Source: Tubulanus polymorphus
Lineage: Eukaryota; Animalia; Nemertea
Assembly (NCBI RefSeq): GCF_964204645.1
Contig: NC_134033.1
Span: forward strand, 8,378,655-8,442,654
Length of the DNA stretch: 64,000 nucleotides
Reading direction: 5' to 3'
The notes below the pieces were generated by a model. It saw only the letters and a program-made list of their open reading frames with translations, made no database searches and was not told the DNA's origin. Positions 26,521-39,746 of this stretch are shown in pieces (position 1 is the first letter of the stretch; each line of letters opens with the position of its first letter). The position numbers were made by a program, and so were the translations under genes.

Positions 26521-27845
26521 TTAAAATTTAAAATATAATATTCCTCCGATTACAATTCCTATAAAAGTTAAAGCTAATTTAGCATTTTCATGGGATTTAT
26601 TATCATCATTTAGTTTAATTATTTCATGTTGAATATTATCAGTTTTTATATTTTCTGATGTATTGTAATCTTTTATTTTAGAATCATTATTTGATTTAAT
26701 ATTCTTAGTTTTAGTTTCTGTTGATTGAATATGTTTTTTATTTTTTTCACCTTCCATTAATTTTGGAGCAGTGATAATCTTTTTATTTATATCATTTAAT
26801 CCAAATGAATTATTTATTGTTGCAGTTTTAATTAGATTATTGTAACCAATTATGTTTCCCATCTTTAATACTAAATCATAAGAAATAATTAATAGATTAG
26901 GGCCTATACAATAATTTATTCTAATATGTGATTTATCTAAACAATTTTGATATCTTACAATGTTTTCTGGAATCGATCTATTTTTATCATTATGAATGGA
27001 ATTTTCAAATAATACTTTGAATTGTTTCTGCGCATCGAATGAAGTGTTATCATTTCCAATTATTGGGGATCTTGTTTCAACTTGCGCACCTAAAATACAA
27101 ATTAAATAAGTTCGAATAGATTGATTTATTCTTTGCATACCAGCTTTAGTAAAACCTTCACTATTTTCTAAAATGAAATTAACCGAACCATTATTATTTT
27201 GTTGTTGTATATTATTATAATATTTTGGTAATTCATTCCAATTTAGTGTTCTTATATCTGAATTTGTCATTATTTTTCCAAATTCTTTAGTATATAATAT
27301 TCCTAATCCACCCATTGTACCAATTTTTACTCTAAAATCTTTATTTGAATTAATATTAAATTCATTACATATTTTATAAAACTTAGAAAAATTAATATTA
27401 TCATTCAATTCTTTAAAATATTTTGAACCTGGTAAAGGACATTCTAATTCATCTAATATTAATTTATTTGAAAATAAGTATGAAATCTAAAAAGTGATAA
27501 CATCAATGGTAAACTTGGTTTGTTTAAATGATCATTCCAACTAATTCCACATCCTGTTGTTGCACAATAAACAGCAAAATTTAATTGGTTCTGCCAATAC
27601 TTCATATTAGATTTTAATAACCATTGTTTTGCCTCATTTAAATTTTTAAAATTAATTGTATAGACATGAAATATATTTTCCATCTTTACATGAAAATTAT
27701 TACTTTCAGTAACATAAATATATAAATCAATTGATGAATTTCAAACTTCATTTCTATATGAAATATCTTTATTAAAATCTATTGCTGGAATATTATATTT
27801 AATTGATTTATTATATTGGAAAGCTTTTGGAAAACTATCTGCCAT
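26521..27845 (-). pseudogene. Element A conserved Polinton protein (WQNQLNFAVYCATTGCGIS), frameshifted
   Basis: Homolog of intact B 52392-53777. Confidence 0.75.
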
Positions 27846-27861
27846 TTATATAATTAAAAAA

Positions 27862-28287
27862 TTAATAATTTACTAATTCTTTTAATAATTTATCTTGTTC
27901 TTCAACTGTTATATGACCATTTAAACTTATAATATAATCTAGTGTATTCTTCAATTTATTAATTTCTTTTATATTAGTTTTAATTTTTTCTTTATTACTT
28001 TTTATATTTAATTTTGAACTTATTCCGGTTAAAACACTTGAACTTAATCCTAATACACCAATTGATATAGCTAAAGGTGTTAATGGGCTGAATATTGCTA
28101 GAAATGTTATTACAGAACTAATTGTAACCGAACCACTTATAATCAAATAATATATAATTTTACTTTTTAAATATTTTTTCTTTTTTATCTTTAAGTCACT
28201 TTCAAATTCTAATATTTGTTTTTCTAAATATATTTTTAATTTAGTTTTATTTATATCACGAGGAATAATATCAATATTATCATCCAT
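27862..28287 (-). CDS. Element A two-TM hypothetical protein
   Basis: Intact 141 aa, nearly identical to B 51941-52375. Confidence 0.75.
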   Translation of the reverse strand: MDDNIDIIPRDINKTKLKIYLEKQILEFESDLKIKKKKYLKSKIIYYLIISGSVTISSVITFLAIFSPLTPLAISIGVLGLSSSVLTGISSKLNIKSNKEKIKTNIKEINKLKNTLDYIISLNGHITVEEQDKLLKELVNY

Positions 28288-28824
28288 TTATTTAGCAAAT
28301 AAATTACTAATTAGTAAACTTATACGCAACAAATATAACAATAACAGTTCCGCCTAAAATCCATATTATTTCATATTTCTTCTGTTCATTACTTGGGGTA
28401 TAATAATCTGATATTGTAGGTTTATGTAGATGTAATTTTTCTTTATTGTGTAGTGACTGTGAACTACAAGGACGAACAGCGAACAACGAACAGCGACGAG
28501 ACATACGACCCAATCCGAATCCAACGAATACGTACAGCGAACGAAAGCAGCGACGAACTCAAAAGACAACAAGGCAGTGTCTACAGTTACAAGGTTTGGT
28601 ACAGTCTAACATTTATTGTGTTCAAAGATTACAGGAAAACGATCGGAATAATGCATTTCTATGATTGGTCGAGAGACGTCAGTACTTCATGGTTCATGGC
28701 GAGTACACTTCAATGACTTTGTATTCCAGATAATCTGCTCGTCGTGACACTCCGGCCAGGAAAATAGGTTCTATAATTAAACTAACTACAACATTCAGAA
28801 AAGACAATATGATACAATAATACA

Positions 28825-30778
28825 CTAATTTTTGAACAATTCATCAATTTTGTCCTTTGCCTCTAACGCGGCTTTACGTGTAGATGGAATTCGATCAGGA
28901 ATTTCCTTTGTAGTAACAACAGAAGGTTTCAATACATTGCTTTCAATTTCCAGAGGAAATAATTTCGAAATCGGTCTATTTGTAACACCGTTCGCGGTTT
29001 TAACTGTTGCCGATCTTACGAGACCATCAGTGCTCTTATGTAAGTGTTCAATGATACCTAGTTTCCATTTAAGTCTCGGTACATTATCATCATGTATAAT
29101 TACAACTGAACCCGGTTTGGCTATTTCTCTGTTATCTCCTGTTACTCTATGAAACTCCCGGAGATTTACCAAGTACTCCTTTTGCCAACGTAGCCAAAAG
29201 GAATAAATGAGTTTATTAATATAAGAATAACGTTTTGCTAAAGTATCTGAACCGGGAGAAAACGTTGTATCACCTTCGAGATTATCAATAGGACACAGTT
29301 TAGAATGAGCGGTTATACGCCTCCCCAGCATCAAATGAGATGGCGTTAGAGTCTCGTTTTCTTCTGGTTCAAAAGAAACATAAAGCAACGGACGGTCGTT
29401 CAGACACGACTCAATTTCACACGCTACAGTGTATAATTCAGTATCTGATACTAACGACCTACCTAAGACTTTCTTCAAACAGGATTTCATGAGACCTATC
29501 ATACGCTCCCAGAAGCCCCCGTGCCAAGGGGCCCGTTTCGTGATGAATTTCCAGTCGACGTTCCGTTGTGAAAAATGTCTGTGGATCTTCGAATCTTCGA
29601 AAATTTGCTTTAACTCCGAGTTAGCACCAATGAACGTAGAAGCGTTATCTGAAACGAGCATCCTTGGCACGGAGCGTCGGGCAACAAATCTCCTAAAAGC
29701 ATAGAGAAAGTCTTCAGTAGTATTACTATTTACAATTTCTATATGTACACCGCGCGAAACAGCGCACGTAAACAAACATATGTAGCGTTTCATACCGCCT
29801 CTACAACTAGAGGACCACAATAGTCCACCCCAACGTAACTAAATGCAGGTAATTCGTCAACTCTATACGATGGCAACGTTGGTGGATCAGGTTTTTTGAA
29901 TGGCTTTGCTTGTAGTCGACGACAAGGTACGCAACGTCGTACTTGCGATTTCACAAATTGTCGAATTTGTGGGATCCAAAATTTCCCTCTAATTTTGGCA
30001 ACCGTCGTAGAAATACCAAAATGAAACACATCAAAATGAGCGTTGCGCACAATTAAATCGGCCAATCGAGAGTTCTTTGGAATCAAAATAGGAAACTTTG
30101 TTTCGTCGGGCAGGGACGTATTTTGTAACCGAACTTTACAGCGGATGACGCCGTCACTGTCGAGAAACAACTGTAGTTGGTCAATCAATGGAATTCGGTT
30201 CCCCGATCTACCTGACAAAAAATCTAATACAACAGAATAATGACTACTTTGAAAATGTTTTACCCATATAAGCTGAGCGTCTGTAATCTCGGAAGCACTA
30301 AGTGGACCTTTAGTACGCTCAGTACTTGAAGATTTCATGTTACTTACAAATCGACGCACTAACGCTGTAATTCTCAGTAATCTATACAAAAGAGCAAATG
30401 AATCAATGTTAATAACTTCAAAAACTGAAAACGTATTGTTTCCGAGTATATTATCACAATTATTTATCTCAACATTACCGACAATCACAGTGGATTTCTC
30501 AACGAGAAGTTCAACTGGTCTACGAGACGCATTTACTAACCAATCAGGCCCGTGTAACCACAAATCACATTTCAAAACTTCTGACATATTGCCTCTCGTT
30601 AGCAAATCTGCTGGATTTGATGCTGATTGACAATAATGCCAATTTTCAACGGGTAACGTATTTCTTATTTCTTCGACTCGATTCGAAACAAATGTGGATA
30701 ATTTCTTGGCCGTGTTTAGCCAACCAAGCACTATTTGACTGTCGCACCAGGCAAATATTTTCATTGGGCGATCAGGCA
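28825..30778 (-). pseudogene. BEL RNase H (C-terminal part) and integrase, frameshifted near 29800
   Basis: AWCDSQIVLGW, FVSNRV.EI, NPADLLTRG, H..H...C..C, GVDYCGP, SDNASTF, APWHGGFWER and the C-terminal W.LG...DGLVRSA motif. Confidence 0.92.
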
Positions 30779-32940
30779 TCAGACCACAATTAGGTTAGTA
30801 GCTCGAAGATGCGTAGGGCCGGACCCCAAAAATAGTACCTAGAGTGAAGAAGAGGTCCCCCATAAATGTTGCCATAATTTCTGCAAATGGGATAGGTAAC
30901 GAATTTCGGTTATATGTATGAAATCCATTGATCCTGAGAGACAGATTGATGATGAAATAAGGGATTCCCTGGACTTTTTTTGCTTGGAGTAAGGGTACCA
31001 AACACGGTGGGGGATTCCCTCTTAGATATTTGGCTCGGATGTACTGGCATACCTGTACTGGGATACCCCTCCTTTCTAAAGGTTTGATTATTTCAAAAGT
31101 TGGGTTGGGTATGTGGGGCGAAAACCACTTCAATGCGTAGCTAAGATGCTGGCCTATGAGCCATAAGCAGGATTTCCCCTGAATTTACGCGCTTATATAT
31201 GAACTAAACTCTCGAATTTCTTTTTTTTACTATAGGATTTAGAAGATTGTCTTGAAGTCGTCTTGAGGCATTCATTGAGACCTAATTCGCTGATTTTAAT
31301 CAGTTTCATGGTAGGATTTGGTAATATTTTTGCTTGTAGAAGGCTAGAATAGCAGATTTCGGTCAATTTTTAAGGCATGAACCGTAAGATATTTTCTCGT
31401 AGGAGGCTCGGTCTAGGCTCATAAATTTATTTCATAAAGGCCATCCTTGCCCATGCAGAATAATCACATTAATTCAGCTTTCTTTGATTAAGTTATCTAG
31501 TTTGGCTGACTTTTTGGTGCCAGATACTGTCAGGAATTTAAGGGGTAGGGGAAATGCATATTTTCGTTGAAACCATGGCAACCGAAAGGACATTGTCAGA
31601 GGCCAGTTGTGATATTTTTCCTAACTAGTACTGGTGACAACTACGCTTGGTATATAAAATTCGTCCCGGCCGAATGCCTGTGGACGCAGTAGGGTTCATT
31701 GGAATTAGGCCTTCAGCGCAAGAAAACGCCAAATCTAAAGGTTTCAGCCAATTCGATGATGAAAATGGCATTTTTTCAAAAAATGCTTAAAGATTGTGTT
31801 TCTGATTTTTATCCATAGCCATATATTTATATCCATCAGTGAAAAAAATCTATCAAGTATTCAGAAAATGTTGTATAATTGTTTTATTCATATTTTGAAA
31901 TGAATGTTTGACTTAGATGATATTGATAGAAAACTTGGATTTTGTCGCATACGCGCGATTTGTGCATTAGCATGTATTTCCATGTGTAATTGGCCGAGAG
32001 CTATTGTATTGCGTTGTATAACTAGCTAGTCTCCACTCTTTCTAAAACTGTACAAAAACTAATGCTATTCTTAAGTTTGGGTACTAGTCAGGCATCAGAC
32101 CACAATTAGGTTAGTAGCTCGAAGATGCGTAGGGCCGGACCCAAAAATAGTACCTAGAGTGAAGAAGAGGTCCCCCATAAATGTTGCCATAATTTCTGCA
32201 AATGGGATAGGTAACGAATTTCGGTTATATGTATGAAATCCATTGATCCTGAGAGACAGATTGATGATGAAATAAGGGATTCCCTGGACTTTTTTTGCTT
32301 GGAGTAAGGGTACCAAACACGGTGGGGGTGTCACAAACCGTTTGATCAAATCTGTCAACTAAGGGTTTAGCTCGTAGCTCTATTGTTGTCATAGTGTACT
32401 GTGCTGTAATCCCCTTTTTACGCTACGAATTTCCTGCTATAAACTCGTTCGCATACCTTGTTCTCGTCGCAATACGCCACCAGCCTACTTGACGGACGGA
32501 TCTCGATGCATAGTTCGCAAACGAAGTTGTAAGTAATGTAATACATAGATTAATATTTGAATAATTAGACGTCATCTGTCTGATATGTAATTTGCATTTT
32601 CAGTTAACGGAAGTTCAATAAAGTATTCCTGTTAAAACCGTTTCGCAGTTACTTCTATGTTATCGCGAGGGCTCTGTCCCTGACAGGGGGATTCCCTTAG
32701 ATATTTGGCTCGGATGTACTGGCATACCTGTACTGGGATACCCCTCCTTTCTAAAGGTTTGATTATTTCAAAAGTTAGGTTGGGTATGTGGGGCGAAAAC
32801 CACTTCAATGCATAGCTATGATGCTGGCCTATGAGCCATAAGCAGGATTTCCCCTGAATTTACGCGCTTATATATGAACTAAACTCTCGAATTTCTTGTT
32901 TTTACTATAGGATATAGAAGATTTTGGAATAGTGGTCTGA
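30779..32940. mobile_element. Unclassified 2.16-kb insertion in BEL RNase H with about 470-bp direct repeats
   Basis: Removing it restores in-frame ...IDELPDRPMK. Ends TCAGACCAC...GTGGTCTGA (9-bp inverted). Direct repeats at about 30772-31248 and 32088-32922. Confidence 0.7.
32329..32685 (+). mobile_element. Solo LTR (357 bp)
   Basis: TGTCA...TGACA ends and 5-bp TSD GGGGG; the first direct repeat shows the empty site at 31009-31013. Internal TATAAA and AATAAA. Confidence 0.88.
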
Positions 32941-34192
32941 GCTCATCAATAACCCTAGACATAGAGTTCAATACATGAGTAACCAATCGTGCGCCAATCA
33001 ATGCACCCATTAGTTCGAGTTTAGGAACAGTGATTTCTTTGACTGGTGCCACCCTAGCTTTGGCTATTACTATAGACGATTCGTCTTTACAAACTAGGTA
33101 AACCACTGCGCCATAGGCTAAAGTACTACTATCGCAGAATACGTGTAACTCTATCGGGTAATCTGTGATATACGAATTCATAATCCGAGAGAATTTAGTA
33201 TTCAAACATTCGTGTATGTCATTTACGATACAATGCCATGTTTTACATAGTTCTTGAGACGATGGATCATCCCAGTCATAATTTTGTTTCCAGATTGACT
33301 GCAAAAGGATTCTAGATCGAATGGTGACTGGTAAAAGTAAACCAAGTGGATCGTGGATAGAAGCAGCCTTTTGTAGGATGATATGTTTTGTCAATTGGGA
33401 ATCACTAGACATGTCTTCGGTAACAAATGACATGAAATCACCCTCAACATGCCAGTACAGCCCGAAAACTTTAACTACGGACGATTTCTCCAAAATTTCT
33501 TGTTTTGCAGCAGACTTCTGGAGCTCTGAGGAATTAGACGACCAACATCGTAAGTTAAAGTTAACTTCGGAGAAACAATTACGTGAATCATGGAGAAATT
33601 TGACGGCTTCAAATTCAGAACGAACGCTAGTGACCACATTGTCTACATAAATGTCTCTCAGAAGCTGCTGTGACAAAGGAGAATCAATATTCCGTAGATG
33701 GAAAATAATGAAACTATTCAACAAAAATGGAGAGCACGTAGCTCCAAACAAGATGCGCTTGAATCTTAACACGATAAACTCACTCTCGGGATCATCGGGA
33801 TTAACCAACCAAAAAAATCTAGTAGCATCGCGACACGACGGTTTAATAGATAACTGCAGGAAAGCCTTTTCAATGTCTGCAGTAATACCGAACTTTAAAA
33901 TCCTAAAACGTATCATAATTGAGCAAAGATCATTCAATAACGGAGGTCCACTCTCTAAGCAATCGTTTAAAGAAACTGATGACTTCGATTCTCGACAACT
34001 ACAATCGAAAACTATCCGAATAGGCGTGGTTGATGATTGTCTGAAAATTGGATGGTGCGGTATATAGTGCTCGTGACTATCTACAATGGAAGGATCAGTT
34101 ACAATCTCAATGAAATCTTGTGCTAATTGATCTCGGATGATTTGGCTATAACTGTCTAATAAACCTGGCGTCTTAGCTAAACGTCTAACCAT
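32941..34192 (-). pseudogene. BEL reverse transcriptase and RNase H (N-terminal part)
   Basis: YIPHH, RIVFDCS, ADIEKAFLQ, FGATCSPFLL, YVDN, LHVFCDSS..AYGAVVY and PKLELMGA. Confidence 0.92.
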
Positions 34193-34846
34193 GGAACGAG
34201 TCGTGCTTTTGCGAGGTTATAATTAGTTGGCAAAGTGTCGTGAATTCTTTTCCACGGCAAATCAACCATATATCGACCATCAACTAATTGAATGGATGAA
34301 TTACAAAACTCATCTAGAAACGAAGTATCACGGCTTGTTGGAGACTCAATACCAATAGTTTCTAATGACCAAAAACGCTTAAGATCTGCGATATCAGGCT
34401 CAACTATAATAGAAAGAGTATGAACATTACAATTTGCCGTGTTACGATCGTTAAACTGACCGCCGATGAGATACCCTAATTTAGATGGAACAGCAACCGG
34501 ACCACTTTCAGATTTAACAAATTCATTATCAACAACCTACGAGTAACGATATGTCAAACAAATCCACTAAATAACTAGGTGGGTGAGCGAGTTTAAGGGT
34601 TTTGAATTCAGCTAAACAAGAAACAGAATCAGTAGAAATTCGTAGTGGTCTGGTTATCTCCGGTACAACGATAACATCTAACGAAACAATTGAGTCATCA
34701 TACTCGCAAACGACATCTACGCGAACAACATTGACTCTTCTGAAACCGGTACTTCTACCCCCAAAACCGCTTAAGTCTATAGACTCAGTTCTATGAGTAT
34801 CTACCCCTAGCTCGTCGGCTAATTTTGAGGTAATAAAACTACGGTG

Positions 34847-36310
34847 CTACCCGTCGTCTAACAACAAATGACCACTGACCCGATTTCCGTTGGCCTGTAC
34901 AGGTGCTATAGCAGTTTTCAGATAAACCGTTGATGGATAAGAAACTATATGATCATCAATAACTGAATGTTGACAAATCTCTGATCCCGAATGATTATCA
35001 ACGATGTGATTTGATTCTAAATTTGAATCAGAAACTGCATTTGTCCCAGAAACTGTACAAGATACGTGCTGCGTAACGGCGTCCGTAAGAGACCTATCTA
35101 CGATAGAATTAATATTCAAACGACTTGGAAAATTAGCCCCGTGTAAGCTGGTATGATGGCGCTTACGACAAGATCTACAGGTTGACCTTGAAGGACATGT
35201 ATACATGGTATGCTGACCCATACAATTGAAACATAATTTGTTCTTCAATACGTAATCTAAACGTGACTGTGCTGTGGTGAGAACGTCGCACTCAACCGGA
35301 AAATGCCTATCTGAACTACAATAACGACATTTGAATTTACGAACAGTGGTGGAATTTCCATTCGCATGGTGACCAGCATTTTTCCGGTTTTGATGTACAT
35401 GGAGTGTTGTCATTGTACCAAATGATGACGATCCCGGTGACGTGTCGCAAACTTCTAATATGTTTATCTCAGTCAATATAGCGGAACGGAGATCTTCCAG
35501 ATTCAACTCAAAGTTACCGCGCGCTCGTGCAATGTTCCGTTTTATATCTGCCGGCAATTTATTCAATAGAATTGGTACCAGAAGCGTGCCATATGAATCG
35601 GTTGATGTTTTTTAAGAGTCTAAACTGCGAATATGCATTTCAATCTTATCATAGAATTGGCGCAAAGATTTCAAATTGTAATTCGGAGAATTCAATTCAA
35701 TTAGTTGATCCAAATTCGCTTCCGTTATTTTATGCGCCTGTCCGAAACGGTTTTCAAGCAGTTCTTTCGCCTTTTCATAGTTAATACTGGTCAATGGCAA
35801 ACCTTCAATAGTTTGTTTCGCCTCATTTACCAGGTGACATTTCAAGTGACTGAATTTTTCTACGGGAGTTAAGTTTCTTTGCTCGTCAACCGTGGACTTA
35901 AATAGATCCCAAAAAGAACACCACTCGAGCAAATCTCCTGCAAATTTCGGTAACTGTAATTTCGGCAAAGATACACGCTTACTGTTCGTTACTGAATTTT
36001 TGTCCGCAACGTTGGCAGACAACTGATTAAAAGCTAGTTCCAGAATGTTAATTTCAGTAAGACGCTCACACAGATATTCATCTCCCGTGACGATAAATTC
36101 ACTCAAATCTTTTCCTCTTAATTCGCACGCGATTATCAAGTCTTTTTCTATTTCTTCTAATTTCGAAAATTTATGTCTTAGAGTGAAAACGGTAGACATA
36201 CCTTGAGCCGCGTCTTTTCCTTTCAAATGGTCATCACATTTGTTTTTCCATCGCGTGAATTGACCACGTTGCACCTTCCGTAGCTCCTTCAATCCTTCAA
36301 AGTCTGACAT
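34847..36310 (-). pseudogene. BEL Gag (DUF1759-like region plus three Cys/His knuckles) to the protease start
   Basis: LPKLQLPKFAGD..EW.SFWDLF, EKFSHLK, CRYC...H...C, CFNC..H...C, C..C..RHHTSLH and LLLDDG*. Frameshifted or stopped. Confidence 0.88.
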
Positions 36311-36987
36311 ATCGTGAAATTCTGGTTCCTTCCCTCTTCAAATTCTGACAAATGGATCCGGCTCGAGGGACCAAAATGTAGTGACTGTGAACTACAAGGA
36401 CGAACAGCGAACAGCGAACAGCGACGAGACATACGACCCAATCCGAATCCAACGAATACGTACAGCGAACGAAAACAGAGAAGAACTCAAGAGACAACAA
36501 GGCAGTGTCTACAGTTACAAGGTTTGGTACGGTCTAACATTTATTGTGTTCAAAGGTTAGAGGAAAACGATCGGAATAATGCATTTCTATGATTGGTCGA
36601 GAGACGTCAGTACTTCATGGTTCATGGCGAGAACACTTCAATGACTTTGTATTCCAGATAATCTGCTCGTCGTGACATATTGGTTACCGCGTTATATAAA
36701 CTCATTGCATCGCCAACTGATTGAAAATCTCTATGTGAAATCTTCTGATCATATAATTCTTTGTTAATATAATCCACATAGTTTTGTCTCTTTTCTCTAT
36801 ATTCTTCTGCTGCTTTATTGTATTTTTCTAATGCTAAGTTATGTCTTTTTTGTTCGGTTAATGATCCATTTTTATCAATATGCTTAGATAAATAACCGCC
36901 ACCAGTAAATGCTAAAGCGTTAACAATTGCCGATCCTATAATAGTTATAACTGCAAAAGCCATGTATTTAGCAAAATAGTTATGTAT

Positions 36988-37207
36988 TTATATGGGAGGA
37001 ATATATTTTTGTTTTTCTAAATAATCAATAGTTAAATTAGATAAAGTTACTGCTGATTAATTTTAAAATATCATTTATATCAAATCTATCAACATTAACA
37101 CTTCCCATTTTGAATACTTTTTTTAATACCATTGAATAACCAACAGTTCCAACTGATAGTAATGCTCCATTATATAATCCAGTTATTATCCACTTATTAT
37201 CACTCAT
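36988..37207 (-). pseudogene. Element A small hydrophobic protein (MSDNKWIITG...DYLEKQKYIPPI)
   Basis: TAAATG start; homolog of B 51259-51479; frameshifted. Confidence 0.6.
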
Positions 37208-37225
37208 TTATTTATCAAAAAAATT

Positions 37226-37593
37226 ACTATCTTCAAAATATTTAGTTAACTTAGTTATAATTATTTCAACATTTATTTCATTACTAGTTTCATTTGTATA
37301 TATTTCAATTATTATTTTTTAATATCATCGATGATAAAATCTAACTATTTCATCTAATTTTTTCTAAGGTCTTCATCTAATTCATAAAATCTTAAAGATT
37401 CTCTAATTAAATTAGTAATCTTTTCTACATTTAAAGTTTCTTTATCTATTGTTGTTTCATACTCAAATGTTGTTTCATTAGAAAATGCAATATTTTTAAT
37501 ATGTGTAATTACATCATTAATGTTAAATTTCATTTCTTTCTCACGTTTAAAATCAAACCCAAAACATATACTCGGTCCAACAGTTATATTCAT
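37226..37593 (-). pseudogene. Element A hypothetical protein (MNITVGPSICFGFDF)
   Basis: Homolog of B 50903-51243. Confidence 0.6.
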
Positions 37594-37609
37594 TTATATA
37601 ATGAAAAAA

Positions 37610-38365
37610 TTACTCTCTACATTTTATAACTAATTCATATATCACAGGAAAGTTATTTAAATCAATTAAATAACCATTATGATTTCTTATTTCTAATTTG
37701 AAATTATTGAAATGTGGAATGAAAGGTTTAAAATCACATTCTGTTAAATTATAATTTATTTGAGTTCGAAATTGTTTGACATTTTTTAATGGTAAAATAT
37801 TTAATAAACCAGAATTACAAATTGTATCTTTAGTTGCTTCGAATGTTTTTGTAGGATCAATTAGATTACAATAAATATAGAAGTGCGTAAAAGGTATTAT
37901 ATTTGGTGTAGTATCAACATTTGAATAAACTTTATTTGGATTAACTCCTAGCATTTTAGCTAATGGTTTTCTTACTATGAATTTATATTGTTCATTAGTT
38001 AACTTTTTTCTTATTTTATTAGTACTATCAATTTTATTAAATTTAATGTTAAACCCAACAGATTCACCCACTTTTAACCAAGCTCTTTTATTAATTTCTT
38101 GAGATAATGTTACTAAATTATATAATCCTGGTCTTAGAAATAGATGATACCATTTATCCATATTTCTATCATGAATCATAAACAATCTATGATCAAAACT
38201 TTTATCCGATTTATTGTAAAAAGAATTACATAAACTTATATTAACTAATTTTAAATCAACACAATTCTTGAATTCTCTATCTAATTGAACTAATAAATTA
38301 TGTGATTTATGATTTGTAAGTTTTCTAGAATCAACAAATATTCTATATTCTTTTAATTCTACCAT
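37610..38365 (-). CDS. Element A minor capsid (penton-like, single jelly-roll) protein
   Basis: VDSR...L.V.L, NS.YN, G.YN...L..EIN, LAKMLG, YIYCNLID and LEIRN.NG.LID.NN.PV.YEL pattern of Polinton/virophage pentons; intact 251 aa. Confidence 0.75.
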   Translation of the reverse strand: MVELKEYRIFVDSRKLTNHKSHNLLVQLDREFKNCVDLKLVNISLCNSFYNKSDKSFDHRLFMIHDRNMDKWYHLFLRPGLYNLVTLSQEINKRAWLKVGESVGFNIKFNKIDSTNKIRKKLTNEQYKFIVRKPLAKMLGVNPNKVYSNVDTTPNIIPFTHFYIYCNLIDPTKTFEATKDTICNSGLLNILPLKNVKQFRTQINYNLTECDFKPFIPHFNNFKLEIRNHNGYLIDLNNFPVIYELVIKCRE

Positions 38366-38433
38366 TATTTATAACATAAGAAAATTAACGCTCGTCACTA
38401 AAAATAAATTTTTATAAAATTTTTCCTAAATAA

Positions 38434-39746
38434 ATGGATGAGAAGATACCATGCGAAATTTGTGGTGAACTTCTAAGAAAAAGTAATATGGCTCAAAATA
38501 TGAAAAAACATGATGAAAATTATAAACCCCCTAAAATAAACTGCCGAAAATGTAATAAATTATTCTCAAGGAGTTATGTTAAAAAACATTTAGAGAAGTG
38601 TAAAATTAATGGCGCAACGGTTAATGTTGATAGTAACGAAAGTAATAGTAATTCTGTTGAAGTTGAACCTGAAATTATTTGGAAAAGACCTTTCTTATTC
38701 TATGATAAGGATATTATGAAAGTTCATTTCTGCGAGCCTTGTCGAATGAAATTTAGTCCTGAAAATATAGAAGCTTGGGAGAATCATCAATTTCGTAAAA
38801 TACATATAGATAAAATTTCTAATAAATTTGAAGCAGAATTCAATGGAAGAAAAAATAATATATTTGAAAAAATGAAATATGAGAAAATGTTACCAGATAA
38901 TAAAGAAACAGTTGAAAAGTTAAAACAATATAATGAATTAACAAGAAAAACATTGTAAATATTGTAAATTGATTATTACAACAAGTAATTCAAATCTACA
39001 TAATAGAACAATAAAACATAAAGAAAACGTAAGAAAATACCAAGAGCTTTAATGAAGATCTATTACCAATAAATTATAAACAAAAATGCCCACAATGTAG
39101 TTATGCGACCTTAAGACAAGAAGGTACTGTGTTATTTTGTAATGAATGTGGATGGCAAAGAAATTTATGGGGTGAAGAAAAAACTAGAGATTTTCTCATA
39201 GAACCAAAATTAAATTATCTAGATGAAATTTTTAAAATATTTTCTATAGAAGATCGTACACCAGAATATATGCAATGGCTTGAAAAAATGAAAATAATAG
39301 AAAATAAAAATGGCGAAATAACTAAAAAAGATATTATAAAAACAATTATTCCATCAACATTTAACACAAAACGAAAGAAAATGTATTTATATTTATTATT
39401 TAACGATTATTATGAAAAACCTAAATTAACAGAAGATGATATGAAAAAAACATTCAAACAAATATTAATGTATTATTTGGAAAATAGAATAACAGATTCA
39501 ATTAATTATGGATTCTTTTTAAATAAGATTGTAAATTATTTAAACATCGATATTATAATTCCATTTGACGAATTAACAAACAAAAAGAAACAAAGAGAGC
39601 GAGATGAAATGTGGCACAATATAACACGTTATTTAAATGAGAAAAATGAAATGGAAGAACCTAAACAAATTATACAAGAACAATTAAATGAAAAAGAAGA
39701 AACCAATAGTGATTTCGAGTTTGATGATATTGATTTTATAATTTAA
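38434..39746 (+). pseudogene. Element A multi-C2H2 zinc finger fused to a poxvirus VLTF3/A2L-like late transcription factor
   Basis: Fingers CEIC, CRKC..H...C, CEPC..H....H and CKYC..H....H, then a CPQC..CNEC ribbon and SINYGFFLNKI. Small indels near 38950 and 39040 break the frame. Confidence 0.7.

Larger units (their letters stand above)
28449..36677 (-). mobile_element. BEL/Pao LTR retrotransposon
   Basis: 301-bp LTRs at 28449-28749 and 36377-36677 (TG..CA, about 9 differences). 5-bp TSD TATTG. PBS TGGTCCCTCGAGCCGGAT (tRNA-Tyr) at 36356-36373. Gag-PR-RT-RH-IN order. Confidence 0.95.
28307..36963 (-). pseudogene. Element A conserved small protein (IVNALAFTGG...KRHNLALE) split by the BEL retrotransposon
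   Basis: 5' part 36963-36678 and 3' part 28448-28307 rejoin to match B 51504-51921. Confidence 0.85.

Noticed and set aside
28366-36592. Short ORFs at 28366-28716, 30795-31133, 32095-32358 and 36297-36592
   Set aside because: They lie in LTRs or non-coding direct repeats; their duplication reflects the repeats, not conserved proteins.
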